From assembly GCA_963827165.1 (NCBI GenBank), contig CAWGZR010000009.1:192001-256000 (forward strand): a DNA stretch of 64,000 nt, read 5' to 3'. The position numbers and the translations under genes are program-made. This DNA comes from Candidatus Bathyarchaeota archaeon. GTDB lineage: Archaea > Thermoproteota > Bathyarchaeia > Bathyarchaeales > Bathycorpusculaceae. Numbering within the stretch: the first letter of the stretch is position 1; each line of letters starts with the position of its first letter. This document shows positions 30,207 to 38,666 of the stretch, one piece after another. A model generated the notes under the pieces. It saw only the letters and a program-made list of their open reading frames with translations, ran no database searches and was not told the origin of the DNA.

Positions 30207-31113
30207 ATGGATTTATCACAAGAAATCCTCAGGCTTAAGAAGGAAAAAAAAGCCGTCATTTTGGCTCATAATTACCAAAGGCCAGAAATTCAGGATGTGG
30301 CTGATTACGTCGGCGACAGCATCGAGCTAAGCCGCAAGGCAGTCGAGGAGAAAAATGCGGAAATGATTGTTTTCTCAGCTGTGGATTTCATGGCTGAATC
30401 CGCCGCGATTTTAAATCCTAGGCAAGAAGGTTCTTTTGCCCTGCCTGGGCGCACGTTGCCCAATGGCGCAGATGCTCACAGTCGATGAGATAAAACGCGC
30501 CAAAAAACTGTATCCGAAAGCGCCCGTGGTACTTTATGTTAACACTTTGGCTGTGTGCAAAGCGCAGTGTGATATATGCTGCACCAGCGCTAACGCCGTT
30601 GAAGTAATAAAAAGCCTCGACCAAGAAACCATTCTATTCGGACCTGACAAAAACCTCGCCGAATATGTTTCAGAAAAAACAGGCAAAACCCTAATTCCGA
30701 TTCCAGAAAATGGGTTCTGCCCGACCCACTTGCTCTTCCAACCTGAAGACGTCAAAGTACTAAAAATTGAGCATCCATACGCAACCGTCATGGTTCACCC
30801 CGAATGTAGCTCGGAAATGCGCAAAGTCGCAGACTACGTCGGAAGCACCTCGAAAATGTGCCGTTTCGCCAAAGAATCCAGTTCCAAAGAATTCATCGTA
30901 GGCACTGAAGAAGGCATCCTGCATCGCCTCCGCAACGAAAACCCAAACAAGAACTTTTTCCTTGCTTACGAAGGTGCCATCTGCCCGAACATGAAGCTGA
31001 CAAGGCTTGAACAACTATACGCGGCGCTGAAGGAAGAAAAGAACGTGGTTAAGGTTCCCCCAGCAATCGCGAAAAAGGCTCGCGCCTCGCTAGAACGTAT
31101 GTTCGAAGTTTAA
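30207..31113 (+). CDS. nadA: Quinolinate synthase A, split by a +1 frameshift at about 30420
   Basis: LAHNYQ, GDS..LS and FMAE in frame 1; CPMA, YVNT, CTS.NA, CPTH, HPEC and CPNMK in frame 2. Confidence 0.92.
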
Positions 31114-31517
31114 ATGGTCACGATTGTTGTTTTGAGGATTTTTACTCCTCTTCTTGTGGTTAATTCGTCGCTTAGGTGTCGAATTTCTGAAGCTTTTCCC
31201 TTCACAGCTATGGCTTCGAGACAGTCTCGTTCGCTGATATGAATGTGCAGGGTGGAAGTGATTATTTTGGAGTGTTCATGCTGGGTTTCGGTTAAGTCGC
31301 TTTCTAAACCTATTGCGTCGTGATCATAAACCATCAAAATTACCCCTGTTTGCGGAGTGTCTTCTTCTTTGATCCATTTGCGCTCAGAAACATAAAGCCT
31401 AACGACATCTTGCAGGGCTTTGCTGCGGCTTTGGTAACCCATCTTCGCAGTTATCTCATCGAATTCCTTTAGAAGTTCAGGGGGAAAAGTTACGCCGACA
31501 CGAGTGACTTTAGACAT
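31110..31517 (-). CDS. nikR: Nickel-responsive regulator NikR
   Basis: RHH N-terminus; YDH, QH and HIH...CLE nickel site. Confidence 0.95.
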   Translation of the reverse strand: MSKVTRVGVTFPPELLKEFDEITAKMGYQSRSKALQDVVRLYVSERKWIKEEDTPQTGVILMVYDHDAIGLESDLTETQHEHSKIITSTLHIHISERDCLEAIAVKGKASEIRHLSDELTTRRGVKILKTTIVTI

Positions 31518-31694
31518 ATAGATCGCCTATTGACTGTTGGCGTCTTTTGCCTAAAAGCTTTTTAGGTTCTCGCCATAGACCGCTTCGTTTATACAAGACA
31601 ATCATATGCGATGCTATTTGCTATCCGCAGTAAAGACCAGAAGAGACGCACACAGCATTAACTCCTATGCCGCGAAGGAACAAAGCGACGTAAA

Positions 31695-32390
31695 ATGATA
31701 AACCCTCGCAAGCTGTCTTGCCTATTAATTGTAGTCTTGCTGGCAATTTCCGGATGCGCATCTTTTGTCCGTGCACAAACCGTGCAAACCCATCCCTTCA
31801 AAGACGATTTTGGTGACCGCGCAGAAATCAACCCTGCAGGAGTCAACGTATTTGCTTATGACATAAGCCAAAACGAGCAGAACGAACCTGACGGCGGATG
31901 GATCAGCGGCAATAGTTACCAAGTGAACTGGACCATAAGGCTGGACTACGTGAACCAAGACATGATCAGCGGCAAAAGCTACATCCTCTTCTATCTCCCG
32001 TCACCTTTAGACGTGGAATTCCCCAACGCCAACGTGGCCAAGCAAATCATCACAAACCAAACCATACTAAGCCCAACCAACAAAAGTGGGTCGTTGAGCG
32101 CTACTTTTTCCCCTTGGAACCTCACAAGCTACTTTTTCAGCCTGAAACTTCAATTCGCAGTCTATATCAACGGCGCATTATACACAGCTCCACTAAGAAC
32201 CGACGCTGGCCAAGAAGCGACGTTTTCGGAGGAAATATCAAACGGCGGAACACAACCGGCGATAATCGCGCAGGCACCGGAGTTCCCAATGCAACTATCG
32301 ATTCTTGCTTTGTTAATTGCTGCGTTTGCATCTGCCACTTTGACTGTGGCCCTGAGAAAGCGTAAAATAGCCTCATCTTGGCTTTGTTGA
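31695..32390 (+). CDS. Secreted protein with PEF-CTERM-like anchor
   Basis: Signal peptide; APEFP + TM + RKRK. Confidence 0.75.
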   Translation: MINPRKLSCLLIVVLLAISGCASFVRAQTVQTHPFKDDFGDRAEINPAGVNVFAYDISQNEQNEPDGGWISGNSYQVNWTIRLDYVNQDMISGKSYILFYLPSPLDVEFPNANVAKQIITNQTILSPTNKSGSLSATFSPWNLTSYFFSLKLQFAVYINGALYTAPLRTDAGQEATFSEEISNGGTQPAIIAQAPEFPMQLSILALLIAAFASATLTVALRKRKIASSWLC

Positions 32391-32458
32391 TTGTTGAGAA
32401 TTATTGCCTCTTGTTCATTTAGTTTTTTGTATAGGTAATGGTAAAGCCTTTATATTTC

Positions 32459-32490
32459 CAGTAACACGTTTTCAACTGAAAGTGTTACTG
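32459..32490 (+). promoter_or_regulatory. Predicted NikR operator, just downstream of the TATA box of the NiCoT gene
   Basis: CAGTAACAC-N14-GTGTTACTG (GTAACA-N16-TGTTAC) immediately after AAAGCCTTTATAT. Confidence 0.7.
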
Positions 32491-32501
32491 AGGGAAAAGA
32501 T

Positions 32502-33554
32502 TTGGCTCAAAACCCATCCACACAAAACCTCACGGGCAACGAAAAGGCAAAAATAGCTATAATCTTCGCTGTCCTAATCGGCATAACCGCTTTCGGGTTC
32601 TCAGCAGCCTTCGTCATCGGAAAAATCGCCGTTGTCCTCGCCGGATTAGGCATAGTCGCCTATGTTTTCGGGTTGCGCCACGGCGTAGACGCCGACCACA
32701 TCGCAGCCATCGACAATACAACACGCAAACTGATGCAGGAAGGCAAACGCCCCTTCACCGTCGGTATGTGGTTTTCTCTTGGACACTCAACCGTTGTTGT
32801 GGCACTAATCGTGGGGTTGGTTGTGGCGACGCGCGCCGTCGCAGGCAACATAGCAGCACTGCAAAGCACCGGCGCAGTTATTGGCACTTTAGTGTCAGGA
32901 AGCTTCCTTTGGATCATCGGTTTCATTAACGCCGTCATTGTCATTGGCATCTACAAGATTTTCCAAACCCTAAAGCAAGGGAAACTTAACCAGCAGGAAC
33001 TTGACAATTTGCTGGAGAACCGTGGGTTCATGAACCGCTTTTTCCGTCCCCTCTTCAAAGTCATAAGCAAACCCTGGCAAATCTTCCCAGTCGGGGTGCT
33101 CTTCGGCTTGGGATTCGACACGGCAAGCGAGGTCGCGCTCATCGCAATTAGCGTCGGCATCGGAGTTTCCACAAGCATACCTCTATACTACATCCTAATC
33201 CTCCCGCTCCTATTCACCTGTGGCATGGTAACAGTTGACAGTGCAGACGGCGTCGCAATGCGCCTTGCCTACGGCTGGGCTTTCCTTAATCCCATCCGCA
33301 AAATCTACTACAACCTAACCGTAACAGTCATATCTGTTTTGGTGGCGTGGGCAATCGGTTCCATCGAGTTGCTACAAGTTTTGGCGAGCGAACTTAACCT
33401 TAATGGCGGTTTCTGGAGTTGGCTTAGCGCTTTGAACTTTGAGATGATCGGGTTCGGCATCATCGGTATCTTCGTTTTCAGTTGGCTACTGTCCTTCGGG
33501 TATTGGAGATATAAAAAATACGATAAACTATCGGCTTTCCCACAGATGCAATAA
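32502..33554 (+). CDS. NiCoT (HoxN/HupN/NixA) nickel/cobalt permease
   Basis: GLRHGVDADHIAAID, FSLGHSTVV, LFGLGFDTASE. Confidence 0.96.
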   Translation: MAQNPSTQNLTGNEKAKIAIIFAVLIGITAFGFSAAFVIGKIAVVLAGLGIVAYVFGLRHGVDADHIAAIDNTTRKLMQEGKRPFTVGMWFSLGHSTVVVALIVGLVVATRAVAGNIAALQSTGAVIGTLVSGSFLWIIGFINAVIVIGIYKIFQTLKQGKLNQQELDNLLENRGFMNRFFRPLFKVISKPWQIFPVGVLFGLGFDTASEVALIAISVGIGVSTSIPLYYILILPLLFTCGMVTVDSADGVAMRLAYGWAFLNPIRKIYYNLTVTVISVLVAWAIGSIELLQVLASELNLNGGFWSWLSALNFEMIGFGIIGIFVFSWLLSFGYWRYKKYDKLSAFPQMQ

Positions 33555-33659
33555 CATCCAACTCAATTTTTTCATGCCGCTGGCTTCCGCCGAAATTCGT
33601 TCAAGCAAAAAACAAAAAAGAAGAGAGAAAATTTCCGATTTTTATTATAGCAGTTTCAA

Positions 33660-34901
33660 CTATATCTTATTCGAAGGGTTTTTTGTTTTCGCTTTCCATG
33701 CGACTGCGGAAACGGTCAATGTAATCATGGCTACTACAACTGATATGAGTGCTACACTGCTGAACTCCGGAACTTTCGGCGTGGAAGTTGAGCCTGTGGG
33801 AGTAGAGGTACCTGTGCTTGACGTGGCTGTTGAGGTTGGGCTGGAAGTGGAAGTTCCACTTGATGGATCTGATACCACCGCTAGTGAGCCCATGCTACCT
33901 GATGTGGAGCCAGGATTATTGATTGCATAGACCGTGCTTGTTCCCGAGTCATAAGCTATGCCGTTGGATGTGCTTGCATAACCGTTAGTATTCACGGTTC
34001 CAACAACACTGTTGCTCGTGTCCGAAATGATTGAGATCGAAGCACCGTTGTTCATGTAAATTTCTCCTTTGTTAGGATTGTATGCCATGGCGCCTAAATT
34101 GGCTGAAGTGGGCAAGTCGATGGTTGCAACAACCTTGTTGGTACTGTCTGATATAACTTGGATATTGTAGCTATCTGAGCCTGTGTTTGAATCGAAAACT
34201 GAGCCTGCAACGAAAATTTCGCCCTTGCCAGAATCGTAGGCTATGTAATAGGGGGAGCCGCTGACTGGTATGGTTGTGGTGACGGCATTTGTATTAGCTG
34301 ATATAACCAAAACACTACTGCTGCCTCCGCTGCCTCCAGACTGTGCTGCAAATATTTCGCTTTTGGATGAATCATCAACAATTCCTGATACATTTTGCGT
34401 AATGTTGGCTATGATGGCGTTACTGCTGTCTGAGATAACTGCGATGGCCCCATTGTAATACATGAATACTTGACCTGTATTGGGATCGAAAGTTGCTTGC
34501 TCTAAACCGTTTGTGTCACTTACGTTTGCAACGATCTGGTTTGTGGTGTCTGAAATGGCGTATGCTCCGGTGGCGTCTGCTACCCATATTTCGCCTTTGA
34601 CGGAATCGTAGGCTAAGTTGAAGGGAGCGCCTGCGTACTGTGTAAGCGCTGTTATGTCTGCGACTTGTTGGTTGGTGCTGTCTGAGATAACTTGGATATC
34701 GCCGCTATCGTAATTGGAGACGAAAATCTCATGCGTGGCGGGATCATATACTACTCCTACAGGAGTAACCTTCGTTGCTATTGTGGTTGTCAATGAGGCG
34801 GCGTGGACTGAGCCAGCTATGGACAACATAAAGATAACTATTGAAAGCAAACCTAAGAGTTTCCAAACCTTGCTTTTCATATTTATTTTTTCACCTTTCA
34901 T
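33660..34901 (-). CDS. YncE-like beta-propeller surface protein with PEF-CTERM-like anchor
   Basis: Repeats YDS.KGEIFV...VISDSTN; VPEFS + TM. Confidence 0.85.
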   Translation of the reverse strand: MKGEKINMKSKVWKLLGLLSIVIFMLSIAGSVHAASLTTTIATKVTPVGVVYDPATHEIFVSNYDSGDIQVISDSTNQQVADITALTQYAGAPFNLAYDSVKGEIWVADATGAYAISDTTNQIVANVSDTNGLEQATFDPNTGQVFMYYNGAIAVISDSSNAIIANITQNVSGIVDDSSKSEIFAAQSGGSGGSSSVLVISANTNAVTTTIPVSGSPYYIAYDSGKGEIFVAGSVFDSNTGSDSYNIQVISDSTNKVVATIDLPTSANLGAMAYNPNKGEIYMNNGASISIISDTSNSVVGTVNTNGYASTSNGIAYDSGTSTVYAINNPGSTSGSMGSLAVVSDPSSGTSTSSPTSTATSSTGTSTPTGSTSTPKVPEFSSVALISVVVAMITLTVSAVAWKAKTKNPSNKI

Positions 34902-35010
34902 TTTGTAGCTTGCACTTGATACGTGAAAGCTAACGCTCAGCTTGTTAATTCCGAATTAATATAAAAGACTTTTCACCAATTAAAAATCCTGAATTCCCGC
35001 CTTTATTTTT

Positions 35011-35090
35011 AGGACTGTCTAATTGTGTATGATAGTGTCTGGACTTGTATGTAGATGTTTAAAAGCGTGTAAGAGTGTATAATATTGTCT
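35011..35090. repeat. Array A: 8 degenerate 10-bp units ending TGTNT
   Basis: aggactgtct aattgtgtat gatagtgtct ggacttgtat gtagatgttt aaaagcgtgt aagagtgtat aatattgtct. Confidence 0.75.
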
Positions 35091-35220
35091 TTTTTAGACT
35101 CAACCTGTGAACAATTCAAGTCCCAAACCAAAAAACCATTCTAAAACACAATGGAAAAAAATCTTGTCCAGAAACCATCGGCTTGCCCTTCTGTAGGCTT
35201 CTGTCTTGAAATTTTCAAGC

Positions 35221-35290
35221 GATTATCTAGCTTTATAGCTTAATCTAGCGCATTTTAGCTTAAAATAGCTTATTTTAGCGCACAGTTGCA
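35221..35290. repeat. Array B: TAGC core at 10-bp period
   Basis: TAGC at 35228, 35236, 35246, 35256, 35266, 35276 (TTGC at 35286). Confidence 0.8.
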
Positions 35291-35429
35291 ATCTATCCAA
35301 GCCCCATTTCAAAAAAGCAGCCCAAAACACAAACAAAAAATTTCTGAACCAAAAAATCGTGAAGACGCCGCCAAATAGAACTTTTGCTGGCTTTCTTTGA
35401 TTTCTATGAGCAATTGACGGGTTTTGACT

Positions 35430-35470
35430 TTTAGGTTATTTTAGATTTTTAGGTTTCTTTCAGGTTTTGC
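35430..35470. repeat. Array C: loose TTAGRTT repeats, 8-11 bp spacing
   Basis: ttaggttatt ttagattttt aggtttcttt caggtttt. Confidence 0.45.
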
Positions 35471-35570
35471 TAAGTGGACTTTAGTGAACGGTAATGGACG
35501 GTAAAGAACGGTAGGGGACGGTAAAAGACGGTAAAGGACGGCAAGGGACGGTAATGGACTTTAAAGGACG
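35471..35570. repeat. Array D: 10 x 10-bp units, consensus GTAAAGGACG
   Basis: taagtggact ttagtgaacg gtaatggacg gtaaagaacg gtaggggacg gtaaaagacg gtaaaggacg gcaagggacg gtaatggact ttaaaggacg. Confidence 0.92.
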
Positions 35571-35777
35571 GATGCTGCAGCTGACCCAAGTCCCTTTTCA
35601 AGAAGGCAACTCAAAACACAAACTGAAATTTGCCACCAAAATAAACGCCATGATTCAACCTCTTTTAGCCGTGTGAAATGATGGGTGTATAGTTTGGTCG
35701 TATTCGAGCTTGAGGGTGATAAACGTAAAATTGATTAATAAGAAGTGCTTTTGTCATAGCGTTAAGGTGTAAATTGA

Positions 35778-36200
35778 ATGGCAAGCAATGTCGTCGTTAG
35801 AGACATTATGTCGAAAGACGTTAAAACCGTGCGCAACGATACCTCTGTTCAAGAAGTTATCGCGTTGATGAACAAATACGATAAAGACGCAATTCTTGTA
35901 GAGCAGAGTGGAAAGCCAACTGGAATCATAACCGTCAAAGACGTTTTGGTGAGAGCCGTAGAACATGGCGTACCCCTAAACACAATCATTGCAAGAATGG
36001 TCTACACAAACCCACTTGTGACAATTGACGAAAACGCAACCGTTGAAGAAGCAGCGAACCTGATGAAAGAATGGCGAATCAAACACTTACCAATCGTTGA
36101 CAAAAACGGCGCCCTCGTAGGCATGGTAAATGACAGGGACGTAATTTACGCGGTTCCTGCCTTGATGTCTACGATGGAAGAGTTCTGTAGAACAAAATAA
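35778..36200 (+). CDS. CBS domain pair protein
   Basis: VRDIMS, GIITVKD, IKHLPIVD..LVGMV. Confidence 0.92.
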   Translation: MASNVVVRDIMSKDVKTVRNDTSVQEVIALMNKYDKDAILVEQSGKPTGIITVKDVLVRAVEHGVPLNTIIARMVYTNPLVTIDENATVEEAANLMKEWRIKHLPIVDKNGALVGMVNDRDVIYAVPALMSTMEEFCRTK

Positions 36201-36288
36201 GCGCCTACGGTAACCTTTTTTTATCTTTCACAATTTTTAAAAAAATAAAGCAAACGATTTTTCCAAAAAACTATTTGGGAGAGAGAGC

Positions 36289-36585
36289 TTAGGCTTTTTG
36301 TTGTTTAGCCCATTCTTCTTTGACAATTTTTGTAATGTTTTCCAGGTTCGGCTGCGCGGTTAAGTCGGCGATGACATTGTTGAGTTCGTTTTTTATTAGC
36401 AAGGCTAGTTCGCCCGGTCTTAGCGGTTCTGGACGGGTCGATTGATAAACCCGCAAGGCGCGCATGCAAAACTTCACCATGACTTCTTGAAGTTCACTCT
36501 GCAAATCGGTTAGTTCGTTTTTGCTGTTTTTCATAAGTTTGCTGAATCCTTTCGAATCCCAATTTCCTTCTTCTGCCATTTCCAA
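36289..36585 (-). CDS. Hypothetical helical protein
   Basis: Clean ORF co-oriented downstream of pyrG. Confidence 0.65.
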   Translation of the reverse strand: MEMAEEGNWDSKGFSKLMKNSKNELTDLQSELQEVMVKFCMRALRVYQSTRPEPLRPGELALLIKNELNNVIADLTAQPNLENITKIVKEEWAKQQKA

Positions 36586-36649
36586 TCAAATCCTAACGTT
36601 TCATGTAAACGGGTCATAATAGCCTTTTCTAAAAAACGGAGCAATCAAC

Positions 36650-38278
36650 TTAGGAGATGGGGGTTTTGGGTTTCCCAAGCTTCTTGTCGAGGCATGCTTG
36701 GATGAAACCTGCGTATTCGGGTTCGGGTCTCCCCGGTCGGCTTTTGAATTCTCCGTGGAACTGCGAGGCAAAGAAGAAGTATTTATCGGGTAACTCTAGG
36801 GTTTCCATTCGCCGTCCATCGCTGCTTTTGCCTGTAAAACACAATCCATGGTTTTTCTGCGTTTCTTGAAAGTCAAGGTTCACTTCGAAGCGGTGTCGGT
36901 GGCGTTCGTGGATTTCTTCTTGCTGATACATCTTGTAGGCTAAAGTGCCTTTTTGCAGGATAACTTTGTGGGCGCCCAATCGCATCGTTGCACCTTTAAT
37001 CTCTATTCCCCGTTGCTCAGGCATCAAATCGATGACAGGATAATGGGTTTCAGGGTTAATTTCCGTGCTGTTCGCATCTGTCAAGCCGCAAACGTTCCGA
37101 GAAAACTCGATGACAGCAAGCTGGAAACCGTAGCATATGCCAAGGAATGGGATGTCGTTTTCCCGTGCAAACTGGACAGCCAAGATTTTGCCTTCGGTGC
37201 CGCGCGGTCCAAAGCCGTAGGGAACGAAGATGCCGTCGAAGTTTGCTAGGTCTTTGACGCATTGGGGTTCATGCTCCAATTTTTCGGCTTCAAGGTAGCT
37301 GATGCAAACTTTGGTTTTGCATGCGCCGCCGCCGTGGCGAAGCGCTTCAGTCATGCTGACGTAACTGTCAGTCAACCCTGCGTATTTGCCTACAAGTGCG
37401 ATTTTGACTTCATGCTCGGGATGCACTACACCGTCGACGTATTGCTGCCAGACGCTGAAGTCTTTGCCGTCGCATTTGAGGCACAGTCGCTGGCAGATGA
37501 AGTCGCCCATGCCTTGCCCATCCAGAATAAGCGGCACTTGATAGACGGATTCCGCGTTGTAGGAGCAGAAAACTGCGCTCTCAGGGATTGTTCCGAAGAG
37601 AGCTATTTTACGCAGAATTTCGTTGTCAATCATTTTGGGGCTTCGGGCAACTATTGTGTCGGGTTGAACTCCGATTCGACGCAGTTCGTTGACGCTGTGC
37701 TGAAGGGGCTTAGTTTTCATTTCACCCGTGACATCTAAAATCGGCACTAAAGCCACATGAACGTAGAATGTGTTTTCGTAGCCTTCTTCTAGCCGCATCT
37801 GGCGGATAGCTTCCAGAAAAGGCAACCCTTCGATGTCGCCTACTGTACCGCCTACCTCAGTGAGGACAATGTCGGCGTTGACTGCTTTGCCGGCGTTCTT
37901 GATGCGGTTTTTGATTTCGTTAGTTACATGAGGCACGATTTGGACGCATCGCCCCAAAAAATCTCCTCGCCGTTCTTTTTCAATAACGGCTTTGTAAATC
38001 ATACCTGTAGTTAAGTTGTTTTCTTGTTTGAGGCTTAAATCCAGAAATCGTTCGTACCAGCCGAGGTCAAGGTCGGTTTCGCCGCCGTCGTCGGTTACGT
38101 AGACTTCGCCGTGCATGTACGGGTTCATTGTTCCCGCGTCAACGTTCACGTAAGGATCAATTTTTACCACGGTGCATTTTAGGCCTCTTGCCTGAAGCAT
38201 TTTTCCGATGGAAGAAGTCAATATGCCTTTGCCGACGGAACTTAACACGCCTCCCGTGATGAAAATGTACTTAACCAT
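36650..38278 (-). CDS. pyrG: CTP synthase
   Basis: TGGVLSSVGKG, GETDLDLG, GGTVGDIE, GICYG, HRHRFE, QFHGEF. Confidence 0.98.
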   Translation of the reverse strand: MVKYIFITGGVLSSVGKGILTSSIGKMLQARGLKCTVVKIDPYVNVDAGTMNPYMHGEVYVTDDGGETDLDLGWYERFLDLSLKQENNLTTGMIYKAVIEKERRGDFLGRCVQIVPHVTNEIKNRIKNAGKAVNADIVLTEVGGTVGDIEGLPFLEAIRQMRLEEGYENTFYVHVALVPILDVTGEMKTKPLQHSVNELRRIGVQPDTIVARSPKMIDNEILRKIALFGTIPESAVFCSYNAESVYQVPLILDGQGMGDFICQRLCLKCDGKDFSVWQQYVDGVVHPEHEVKIALVGKYAGLTDSYVSMTEALRHGGGACKTKVCISYLEAEKLEHEPQCVKDLANFDGIFVPYGFGPRGTEGKILAVQFARENDIPFLGICYGFQLAVIEFSRNVCGLTDANSTEINPETHYPVIDLMPEQRGIEIKGATMRLGAHKVILQKGTLAYKMYQQEEIHERHRHRFEVNLDFQETQKNHGLCFTGKSSDGRRMETLELPDKYFFFASQFHGEFKSRPGRPEPEYAGFIQACLDKKLGKPKTPIS

Positions 38279-38666
38279 GATTTTCCCCGCAATGAACTAC
38301 ATCTTTCCCTAAGTCGTAATATAACTCTTTTGTGTGCACAGCTGCAAAAATGTGCAGCCACCCATGGTTTAACTCAATAAAATAAGCAACATAATAGGGC
38401 GAGGGCACACTTTTGCGCCTGGAAACACCTTATCGTCGTTTATTTTTCCATTCTACAGAGGAGATTATTTCTGAAAAGATGTGCTGTTTTTGTGTAATTC
38501 GCATGGTTTACTATATTCAGACCGTCTTTCCATGGTTTTCATTTGGCATCATGCTCAACTTGATAAAGCCTTATTTAGGGAAAAAGCCTTTGGCTTATAT
38601 GAGCGAGAGCGTTTTTCAACAGAAATTATTTTGCTCTCACTCTCTAAATTTAGGAGAAAAAACCGA

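Noticed and set aside
35471-35570. Array D as a CRISPR array or coding repeat
   Set aside because: 10-bp units without spacers, no cas genes, period not a multiple of 3, no ORF
38481-38666. 62-codon N-terminal extension given by the ORF track
   Set aside because: The TATA box, SD (AGGAG) and signal peptide all point to TTG at 38667
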